Source: Catajapyx aquilonaris (taxonomy: Eukaryota). Taken from it: a stretch of DNA of 64,000 nt. Of the stretch, positions 54,001 through 64,000 are shown in pieces. Location of the stretch: contig KZ538306.1 in assembly GCA_000934665.2 (NCBI GenBank), positions 62,001 to 126,000 of the forward strand, given 5' to 3'. A program made the position numbers and the translations under genes. The first letter of the stretch is position 1. Each line of letters begins with the position of its first letter. Under the pieces are notes generated by a model that was not told the DNA's origin, did not search any database, and saw only the letters and a program-made list of their open reading frames with translations.

Positions 54001-56941
54001 AGAGCTCGCATGAATGGCATGGTAATGCCTTTTCCATAGCAAGTGCACACATATTAGGTTTCTCATTTGCATAGAGTGAGTCACACTTCCTTCAATGTTT
54101 CACGTCGTACTTTCTTGCCGGAGACAACTCCCGGCGGAACTCAATTGATCAAAGGAGTTATTTGACCATGCATACCCTCTAATAATAAATGGACATTATT
54201 GAACAGGTGTTTTGGAGCAGTAAATGTACACTAGCCAGCAAAACAATAACCCAGTTTAATATTTACTTTTGGTATATCCTGTACACCTGCAGCTGACAAT
54301 AGGGTTTTACCGGGGCACTTGTCATATGCCGAGTTTCACAGGTGCCCTACTTTTTTTGTTATCCAGTTCATGTTGACCGCATCCCAGACATACATGTACC
54401 GCACGTTCGCCGCAACTCCCCTTCAATTACTCACTGATGTAAATTATGAAATTAAGTGCTAATGTTGGTAACTAGATGTACAAATGTGCTACCTGGTTGT
54501 TTACAGTTAAATTTCAAAGAAAAAAAGTTTACGACCGTAGCAAAATTGGCTCATGCCACCCCTTGTTGCTATTACCAAGTCTGTAACCAGCCCCATGAAA
54601 AGTCCACAAACTACGTAACATGTCATAAAATTCGAGGGTCAGTCTCCTCTGGAAAATAATGTTTACAGGCGTTACGACAAAAGTTTCCATTTTCATGCGC
54701 TGGTTTGCTGAAAACAAGGTTTTAAAAACTAGGCAATGCTGTCATAAAAACTGTTTTATGTGCAAGTGCAAATCAGGTGACAGTTCGCTGATTCACTGCT
54801 TTCCCTTGTTGCACGACCGTATGTCCCAAAAGCAAAGTGCAGTTTAGGGTGGCCAGGAAACTCTTTGTCCTTGCTCCATTCCACTCTACCCAGTGGGTCA
54901 TGTTCAGGCACAAAAATCATTGCTTCCTGCCAGTATGTCTCATGCACCCTCGCCAATATGCGCAGCAGTTGCCAATAATTACATGAACACCTGCCTAGCA
55001 AGCTGCACATTTTCATGACAGTTTGCATGCAATCTTTTTTGCTCACTTTCTATATTAACGAGGGGAGAGAGATTCAGCTGACACTGAGCCCTTGAGTTAA
55101 ATGACAGTTTTTGTTAAAATGCCATTGTTTTAGCTGGAGCATAAAACATCATCCTTCAAATGTTTCTTCATTAATTCTTTGCAGGGCTTTTGAATGACGG
55201 CCACTTGCAAGGATGATGGTTCTTTTTAGACAACCACGAGCCCTCCCCACTTGTGCACTGAGTGAGTGGAACGCAAGGGAATCACTTCACTAAGAGCTTT
55301 AATTTGAACCGTGCCTGCCTACTGTAACCGCTGTCATTTCATCTCTTTGAAGCGTGAGCTACACTAGCCAAACATGCATAATAGTTTTGGTCCACCGCTG
55401 CCTCAACCACCTTGGTTTTGTCAAGTTCGCTTATGCGGAACGAAAAACCAGGAACCGACAGCCAGGAACTTTCACGGCTGTCATTGAAATATTTTTCAAT
55501 GTTTGTGATATATGTGCCTGAAACATGCCTTTCAAGCCAAGGGCTCTATCCGCCATCTAAACATTGGCCTGTAAACACTTCCTTGTATTGGTAACGAATG
55601 CTGCACCGCAGTTGCTTCGGTTCAGTCACAATGCATAAAAACTGCATTTTAATATCTCCTTACTATCAGCCTCGTACCAATGTCATTCTGCGGTATCAAA
55701 TACCCCCAATACTTCTATCAAGCCGTACAGTGAGATAAACACCAGTTTCTACATACTACAACGTAACATTCAGTGAAGCGATTACGGGTTAACGCAAACA
55801 ACAATAACGCACTAAATATATTTAAAAAAAAATACAGGGCGACCCTGGTCCAGACGCAGGTAATTTTCTACTACTGGTAGATAAATCTGACAAACCTACA
55901 ATCTAATATTATATGTGACATTTTGTCAACCTGTATTGTAATAATGTAACAGTATGTACACAATATAATAACAAATATGAGGGCGACACGGTCGCGGAGT
56001 GGTTAGCGCCGCAGCCTTCCACCTCTAAGGTCCCGAGTTCGATCCCCTGGATCGGACAGAGGATACTTATGTGGATATAGTTTCGATGGGTTCTCTCCGT
56101 GTTCGCGTGGGTTTTCTCGGGGTTCTCCCGTTTCCTCCCACTATCAAAATCCATCACATTACAGGCAAATGATTAAAGTTGGTTACCGGTAATTAAAAAG
56201 ATGATCCCCCTAAAAAGCCCAAGGAGGCTTATCACAGGGTATCCATTATTATTATAATATATTAATAACAAATATGTAATCAAATACTAACATAATGCAA
56301 TAATACAATGAAATGTAATTTTTTTGATAACAACAATGAACTATAATGTAGTAAACGCAATCATCCAATGAAATGTAATTTTATTACAAGAATTAATAAT
56401 TATAATGTCGTCGTCATCACGGCTTTTCCCAAAATACTGGGGTGCCAGCGGATAACGAGGAGGTCCTCTCTACCCTCATACAAGCTCGTCATTGAGATAA
56501 TTATAACGTAGTAATAAAATAATGCATTAATTCAATAAAGTATTGTATAATAAAATAATAAATATCAAAATACATGGCAATAAATATGAAAATAAATAGA
56601 TATTAAATAAAGGCGACCATTAGGTACCGCCTGGTACCTTCCAACTGGTACAACCTGGGCAGTGTGCAAGTGTAATAAGTGCAAACCGGGTGAGTGTATG
56701 ACGGCCATAAAACCTGTCTCCCCTACCCCGAGAGCAAGCAAACAAGGGTTGCAAAAAAAAGAGCTGCGAATGAGTCAACCCGGCATCATCGAACACAAAA
56801 AGAGACACCTGCCCACACCCACTGGCTCAAAAGGCTGGCCGGCGGTGTTCCATTGAATGTCCTTACCACATTGAAGTTCTCCTGAAGCTCGGTCTTCTCC
56901 TCTGGGGTCATGAACCCTCTGGTCCCGTTGCTCCAAGCCAT
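43655..56941 (-). CDS. Fim: Plastin/fimbrin (EF hands plus four CH domains), multi-exon; first coding exon 56867-56941, ~9.8-kb first intron
   Basis: MAWSNG...[141 protein letters not shown]. Confidence 0.96.
50105..50680. repeat. Degenerate AT-rich ~21-22-bp satellite (taatactagcagataatatttt) in plastin intron 1
   Basis: Repeated aatactag/aatatt units. Confidence 0.85.
50774..50980. other. Assembly gap flanked by poly-C and (CT)n microsatellite (50981-51040)
   Basis: N run followed by ctctct array. Confidence 1.
51560..52045. mobile_element. Foldback/MITE-like element with long imperfect inverted repeats
   Basis: ~51625-51745 (cagaagtatgatgaatcc...ttcttggtatgaactaat...gctcaaaatagcctccaa) is the reverse complement of ~51929-52045, with a further internal partial copy. 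Confidence 0.65.
55981..56153 (+). mobile_element. tRNA-derived SINE, copy 2
   Basis: Nearly identical to 36672-36844, with the same A/B boxes and the same truncation point (ctatcaaaatcca). Confidence 0.85.
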
Positions 56942-57284
56942 CTTCTTCTCTCTGTATGGAATGCACTGGCGGCCTGTGTATAAAAGGAACACAACTTCTT
57001 CTTTCCAAGAGGACGTGCGGGCGGTCCTCTCCTCTCTCCGCACTAGACACACACCGACTGGGCCGCAGTCCACCGCCTGGCGCTGCCATCGCTCATCCGG
57101 CTTCCAAAAGAAGCCGCTTCAAGTTGACAGCGCTGGGGTCGGATCGCGCTCATTGGCTCATTCGAATCCGGTCGCGGGTGGCAGTGAGATCGTCTCCGGC
57201 CCCGGGGCCGCCCTCGGGTTATTGAATAGGCCCAACAATACTGACCTTGTGCCTCAGGCCAACAAATGTTATTGTGGCTTGGCC

Positions 57285-57545
57285 GGGGGGACAACCCCCT
57301 TCATCTCGTGCAGAGTTCCGGGTCATCCCTGGCTTCGTCTCGGGTAGTATTTCCGTTAAGACCAACCCGGGGGGACACCCCCTTCATCTCGTGCAGAGTT
57401 CAGGGTCATCTCTGGCTTCGTCTCGGGTGGTATTTCCGTTAAGACAAACCACCCGAGGGGACACCCCCTTCATCTCGTGCAGAGTTCAGGGTCATCTCTG
57501 GCTTCGTCTCGGGTGGTATTTCCGTTAAGACAAACCACCCGGGGG
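57285..57545. repeat. GC-rich 83-86-bp tandem repeat x3 upstream of the plastin gene
   Basis: catctcgtgcagagtt starts at 57302, 57385 and 57471. Confidence 0.92.
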
Positions 57546-58178
57546 AGTTCACAGCGAATGGTAGTTGGGGGCTTATGCCCACTTGGGAGCCCTTGGGACG
57601 AGCAACATGCGAACATCTTATGACATTCAGACATTAAGGAGTGTGTTCATTGCTCATTTTTCCTGCATGATTTTTAAGAGTACAGAAATACTATTGAATC
57701 CGAATATAACAAGACTTCAAGGGACCACATGCTATAGCCAAATCACCACTTCTTTCAATGGATATGGACAGTTTTCCTCGTGCTTATAATGCTTATAATG
57801 AAACTATCCACAAAAATGCAGCCTACCCGAAAATTTTCAGGACAAGAAGTTAATGTCAGTAACATTCAACAGTCAATCATTATGTGTTCCGGTTCTTTAT
57901 TCAGAATAGGGACAAATATTTACCGGCGTAATAAATATTCCATACAGGTAGTACATAATATCTTATTTACCATCTGAACTCTTCTAGTTACAAAGTGTGT
58001 AGGGCCATGTAATGTTACATTTAAAAAAAATTCAGAACCATAATTATTCTTCACAGGATAAATTAATTTCATATGCAATGAGCTCCATCCTATTTACCTT
58101 CTGAACTCAAGGTAGTACAAAGTGTGTTGCGCCATGTCATGTTACATGAACTCAGAACTTTAATTTTTCAACATAAAA

Positions 58179-61072
58179 TCATAAAATCTCGATGTCTGAT
58201 TCGCCAGAGTCCACCACCTGGACCATTTCTTCCTCCTTCTTGTTGTCGCTGGTTGTTTTTTCGTCTGCCTCTACACTGGTGCTGCTAGTTAGAATCGGCT
58301 CTCTTTCTGTACATATGGCTCTGTATTGCTCATACCGCTTCAGCTCCTTCTCGGAGACCGATGGCTTGACTAGCCTGAGCGCGGCCTGAAAGTGCCTTCG
58401 GTGCACCACCATCTCGACGTCTTCCTTGTCCAAGCTCTCTTCCACCACCATGGACGCAGCCACCTTCACTAAATTGGCCAGATCTGCACCAGTGAATCCC
58501 TCACAATACACACTGTACCCTAATGCTTCCAAATCCACGTCTGCGCCTATGATCGGACGGGTTCCGTTTTTGGTCACAGCCTTCAGGATGTCGGTTCTGT
58601 CCTCGGCTGTTGGAAGCCCTAAGTATATGACCTGGTCCATGCGACCGGGGCGGAGAATGGCCGGATCGATGATGTCCGGACGGTTGGTGGCAGCCATCAA
58701 GTACACACCAGTTCGTACACCCATACCGTCCATCTCGGTCAGAAGCTGGTTAACCACACGGGTGCCTGAGTTGGAGTCCGAGTCATTTCGACGAGGGCAC
58801 AGAGCGTCCAGTTCGTCAAAGAATATGACACATGGTGCAGAGTTGCGAGCACGTTGGAAGCACTGGCGTACTGCACGTTCACTCTCGCCAACATACTAAA
58901 AGCAAAATAATATTGATAAAGGCTAATGATCAGAGCACTATTTATCTGTTTCCTCACCATGTTAAACAGCTCAGGTCCTTTCACCGAAATGAAATTTATC
59001 CCAGCCTCATTGGCGACTGCTTTGGCCAGCAGTGTTTTACCGCAACCTGGTGGCCCGCACAACAACACTCCAGTTGGATGACTGAGTCCAAGGGCAGCGA
59101 ACTTCTCGGGATGGTGCACCGGATGGACGATGGCCAGTTTCAGCTTCTTCCTCACATCCTTCAGGGCTCCAACGTCTTCCCAGGTGACTTCGGGAACGGT
59201 GGCAAATCCCTCCCGCTTTGCAGACGGCTGCACCACTGATAAGGCCGACTCGAAATCCGACATCAACACCCTGGCGCCTTCCAGCTGGTCTGCGGCCAAG
59301 AATGTTTCAGACATGATGCGCTCCTTAAACTCTTGGAGACGAGATGCGGCTGAGTCCACATTTCCAGGGAGTATCACCCTACAACAATGAACAATATGCT
59401 GTTTCATGCCCATGACAATCTTAGAATTAATGAACATGGGATATGAGTAGAGTTCGGACAGTGTACGAAGAACGAGTATCCTGCTAGTAAATAATAGAAC
59501 CAATGCCATACCTCTGCATTGACTTCTTAACTGCTTCGGTAACCAGTGCCCGCAAATCTGCTCCGACGTATCCCGGAGTTAGCCTTGCAAGACCCTTCAT
59601 GCTGACACCTTGATCCACCGGAACGGCTCGTGTCATCACCCGCAGGATCTTCTCCCTGTTATTTTCATCTGGTATCCCGACTACAATTTCCTTATCAAAT
59701 CTTCCGGCCATCCTGAGCCCCGGATCCAGAGACTCGGGTCGACTTGTAGTTCCAACGACTAGGACAGAGTCAGTTGTGCTGGCATCCATGCATGAGATGA
59801 GCTGGGTAGAAATGCGTCTTTCCATCTCTCTCTGGGCGGTCTCTCTCTTATGAGAGATTACGTCAATTTCATCCAAGAACAAGACGCATGGAGTGTTGTC
59901 TTTGGCTTGTTCAAACAAAGCACGGATTTTTTCTTCCGATTCGCCAGATACGCCGGACACCAGTTGCGGGCCAGCCACTCGAAATATCGGGAGAGCAAAC
60001 TCCCCGGCAATGGCGTTTGCCAGGAGAGTCTTCCCGCATCCGGGAGGACCATGGAGTAACAGGCCCGTGGTTGTAGCGGCACCCATCTTTTGTGTGAGTT
60101 CCGGATGTTTCAGATGATAAACCAGCTCTGAGATTGTCTATAGAATGAACATCAGAAATTACACAATGCGTGCAAGGGGCTAACCTGTGTGACTTACCAA
60201 CAACATTTCTTCAGACACTGCGACGTCCTCAAAGGTAACGTTCGATGTCTCAACGGTTGCGACCACATGCTTCGGCCTCCTCGGAGTCGACGCATCTGAA
60301 TCCGGCTTCTTCCGCACCTTCTTAGATCTGTCGTCCTTCTGTGCCGCAGCTGACTCCGATCCCGCAATTCCATTCTGGTTCACACTGGGACCTGCCTCTT
60401 CCGTCTCGTCCACTACAATTACAGGCTCATTGTTGGGCTTCCTGTTGTACAATCCTCGCATGTGATTGTTGACTTCCAGCACGTCTTCCTGCCGAGTTGC
60501 GACCGTATTAGAACAATCAGTAGTTACAGCTGATATGCCCAAATGACTCACAGCGGAATTGGTATCCATCGCTTCTTGCCTTTCCTCGACTGCGGATTCT
60601 TGTACGTCCTTGGCCACTTGCAGCAGCTCCGCCTCCACCTTTTTTGAGTACGCAATAAACGCCTTCTCAACCGACTTCTGGAATACGGCCTGCTTCTTAC
60701 GCCGGTACTCAGGGTGGCGGAATTGCAGTCCCTTAATGATGCTGTCGATGGATATGTTCCGCTTGTAATTGTTCGTATCAATGTACTGGAAGGAAGAAAA
60801 GGCACGACACCCTAGTTATCAGCTTTCAAATGTTTGCCCCAATTGTTTTCCGTTACCTGCTCAATCCGATGTATGAGCATGGGATCGCATGCGAGTGTCC
60901 CCTTGTCCCTCTTTGTCCTCTTGACCCTAACGGGATCCACTGGGTCATAAGGCGGAGGCTGACCAGGGAAAGAAGAGGTTCCAGGCTTGTTCTGAAGCGA
61001 GCTCTGAAGTGATATGAAGGAAGGCAAAGGCTGCTGCGCCTTCCCCACTTCGTACTTGGATCCGTTCTGCAT
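58179..61072 (-). CDS. NVL: Nuclear VCP-like type II AAA+ ATPase (NVL/smallminded/Rix7), multi-exon
   Basis: N-terminal [11 protein letters not shown]...[20 protein letters not shown] domain. D1 [37 protein letters not shown]. Linker [25 protein letters not shown]2 [52 protein letters not shown]. Confidence 0.95.
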
Positions 61073-61438
61073 TATCTGGAAAAAAATCAAGTGTACGTAC
61101 TAATTAGAATGTACTTGTACTTGCACAGCCAGAAATGATCGGAAATTACCAGAAAAATAAGTATTACGTTCGAACGTGTTGTTCCAATCGAGAACGAAGC
61201 AAGCCATAGATGATCTTATTAACTGTGTGAGTGTGTGACTAGATCAAATATGGCTTCCGGATTCTACTATGCTTACAGCGCCAACTGCAACTGGCGGAAA
61301 ATTATGTCAACCATTTATTTTCGAACAAACATGGCGGAACACGTGCGGCACAAAAATTTTGCTTAATTTTGGACTAAATTTGGCTTAATTTTGGACCAAA
61401 TTTGCGTGCCAAATTGTGTAGAATTGAGGCCTACAAAA

Positions 61439-62617
61439 ATGCCCTACTCGTGTGCGGTCACCTACTGCAAGAGCAGGTCTGATAAGAATATGAAGTTAAC
61501 ATTCCATTCGTAAGTGAAGTGTGTTCAAACTTTTATTATTATTTTTAATTGCATTGTTTTCTTAATTAGCTGACATATTTTAATTAACGCTTTTCAGATT
61601 CCCACGGTCAAACTCGGACCTTTGTAAGAAGTGGGTTGCGGCTGTGGGACGGCACAATTGGATACCGACTAAGTTCAGCAAGTTGTGTTCAGCGCATTTC
61701 ACGGAGAAGTCCTTCCGTGATTGTAATGGCAGAAAATATTTGCACCCGAATGTTGTGCCGAGTATTTTTAAGTTTCAGTACCATAAGCATAAAAGTACGT
61801 TGCAATCTGGCGGCGCAACGGAAGGAAATGTTGACAGTATTAGCGACGCAACTGTTCCTACTGAAGGGGAAAGCAACCATGAACGTTCGGCACAAGACAG
61901 AGTGAAGTTGGAGTACAAAGTTACATTCCCGACTTGCAACGACCTCGAAGTAATGTTGGCGGCTGGTCGTGCTAGGTGAGGTAGTCTTCAACGCCAACGG
62001 TTCCCTGCAGTAGGGGTCCTCAAAAATCCACAATTGGTTTTAACAACCGTACAAGTTCGGTTGACGTCAAATCGGCAAACACATCCTAGAACTCAGAGAA
62101 AATGAATTATTTCATAGTCTGAAAAATTGTAAAGCCACTTCATGTCCACCTGTCGATGTGAATTGGGCTTTTCATCTAGTGCGGCTATGTTATGCAGACT
62201 CAGGAGAACCCAGAGTTTCTCATGCAAATTGTCGAAGTTTTGATTATGAAGTGTTTTAATTGCAGTAATTTCTCTTCCATACTTAGACGCAAGCAAGATG
62301 TGTCTAGGATATATGTCATTCCCAACAAGTCGAAGCAAATGAAGGCTGGATGCCGGGAGATGTGTCAGCAGCGGATTGCAACAGTTAGCACACGTCTCAT
62401 AAAACCTTCGTCTGTCTCCATGCAGGAGAGGGAAAGCTCATCCGAACTAGAATCACAGACTCAAGATGCATGCTGCACATGTTCAGTGAAGATACTGGCC
62501 TTGGAGAAAATAATTGAACAACAACAGGAGCAAATATTGTGTCTAAGACAGAAGTTAGTTGCCTTAGAGGAGGAGCAGACTAAATCACAGGAGTTGTCAC
62601 CCGTGGTATTGGAATGA
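61439..62617 (+). CDS. THAP-domain (C2CH zinc finger) protein with C-terminal coiled coil; exons 61439-61509, 61598-~61949, 62426-62617 (middle donor uncertain)
   Basis: MPYSCAVTYC...LTFHS|FP...KKWVAAVGRHNWIPTKFSKLCSAHFTEKSF...LHPNVVPSIF matches the THAP signature. Last exon KILALEKIIEQQQEQILCLRQKLVALEEE is heptad-like. Confidence 0.85.
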
Positions 62618-63460
62618 TTTACGTATAGAATAAAAGATGCGAGACACAACCAAACACTTGTACTAAACCCATCTTTTAAGCACTGAACAACATCTGTCGT
62701 AACATTACGAATGCTCCTTGTGTAATAAATTAAAACTTTTGACCATTGTTGGAAGGGGAGAGGGGAATTAGCTTCAGTGAGGGAGTCTCTTAATTCCAGT
62801 TTTGAAAATGCTTTAAAATGCTTGTTGAAAAAAATGTATATATTTTTAGTTAGCATGGTTTTGTAAGCAGATAATTACGATTATTTATAAGTTTAAAAAT
62901 GCAGCAATGTCCACAATTATTGCTAGTCAATATGTAACAAGGTGTTGGAATGTAGAGAGGGATATACATGAATATTAAAACACATTAGAAATATTATAAC
63001 TTCAATTTATAATTTTACTGATATTGCGCACCAGCGTAGGTCGTCTTTGGTTGTGAAACACAAGTCTTTGGAGTTATAACGTGTACATCTAAATACTGAA
63101 CACACCCATAAAGGACTGACTACGTCTTGTAATATGAGAAGGTTCACTTTACAAAAAGTAAGCTCGACACACTCTTTCATACTGTCGACGACAATATAAA
63201 TCATTTGCGGTGCTGGCCAGTAATGTGGTACATTATTTTCGTATCAAACCGTGGGTGTAAAGGCACAGGGCGACTGCTCGCAGATAATATTTCTTAATCC
63301 ATATAGCTGCACCATAATACACTTTACGTCAATAAGTACCAGACCTTACTTCAAAGGCAACTTTAAACTGCAGTAATATCTGAACCCACCTGCAGAATTA
63401 AAGCTAAAAAGAAAGAAAAAAAAAAAATGCCCAACCTGGATTCCACGGCAGTAGAAATGA

Positions 63461-63987
63461 TTACACAGAAATGCTTCCCTCCCTAAATTTGGTCGAACCA
63501 ATGAGAGCATTAACCATAACACTTTTTCCTGATGCATACTGTTCCCTTGCAGCCTTGAGAGTCTTCTCGATGTCATCTCCACGTCTCAGAAGGAAGCCCT
63601 TTCCTTCAAACGCATCCACAACCTTGTGGTAATCACAATGCTGGAAAATAATTAGAGAAATCAATTAAATAGAAGGATAGGCAGGGTGGGATTTAAAAAA
63701 AACATATCTCACCCCTAAGCGGCATGCAACGTCACTTCCAAAAATGGGGACTTGTTCCCTGGCAATCTGCATCCAAGCGGCATCGTTCCCGACAATGGAC
63801 AACACAGGTGCCTTGTGTCGCAAGTACGTGTCGTACTCCACCACGCTGTACCCGCAGGAGCCATCACCGTACACTATCCACACCTCTGAGTCTGGACGAG
63901 CAGTCTTGGCTCCAAGAGCAAAACCAGCGCCGACACCAAGTGTGCCAAACGCACCCGGATCTAACCACTGGAGAGGACCTCTTGGTC
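63461..63987 (-). CDS. ILVBL: Acetolactate synthase-like / 2-hydroxyacyl-CoA lyase 2, last two exons (gene runs off the window)
   Basis: [30 protein letters not shown]-binding [14 protein letters not shown]...[17 protein letters not shown]-terminal [16 protein letters not shown]. Confidence 0.92.
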
Positions 63988-64000
63988 TGGTGGGATAAAA

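Noticed and set aside
47100..56860. Nested genes or alternative first exons in plastin intron 1
   Set aside because: Short ORFs lack recognisable homology, and candidate donors were weak or phase-incompatible.
57965..58148. ~55-nt direct duplication downstream of the NVL stop
   Set aside because: Ordinary small local duplication with no further signal.

Overview
This is eukaryotic, intron-containing genomic DNA from an invertebrate, most likely an arthropod (crustin-like WAP gene, arthropod-style IMPDH and fimbrin). There is no prokaryotic operon or CRISPR array. The first ~23.4 kb holds three tandem + strand genes encoding large, low-complexity, repeat-expanded proteins that I cannot assign to a known family (about 4437, 1533 and 614 aa by manual splicing). 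The ORF track misses their short first exons. Those exons suggest the genes are paralogues: each encodes a [VI]-[FY]-[FY]-D-C (FFAT-like) motif followed by a phase-0 intron and an S-F-H-S-type motif. Genes 1 and 3 also share an AVESHLxPFxDFQ block, and genes 1 and 2 carry RVxF (PP1-docking-like) motifs. The rest is mostly conserved genes: IMPDH (-), FBXO30/40-like (-), APH-1 (+), a crustin-like WAP peptide (+), plastin/fimbrin (-), NVL/smallminded AAA ATPase (-) head-to-head with a THAP gene (+), and the 3' end of ILVBL (-). Interspersed are two tRNA-derived SINE copies, a TIR element filled with a 28-bp minisatellite, a Helitron-like element, hairpin MITE-like elements, AT-rich satellites and two assembly gaps. 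All gene models were spliced by eye; no searches were run.
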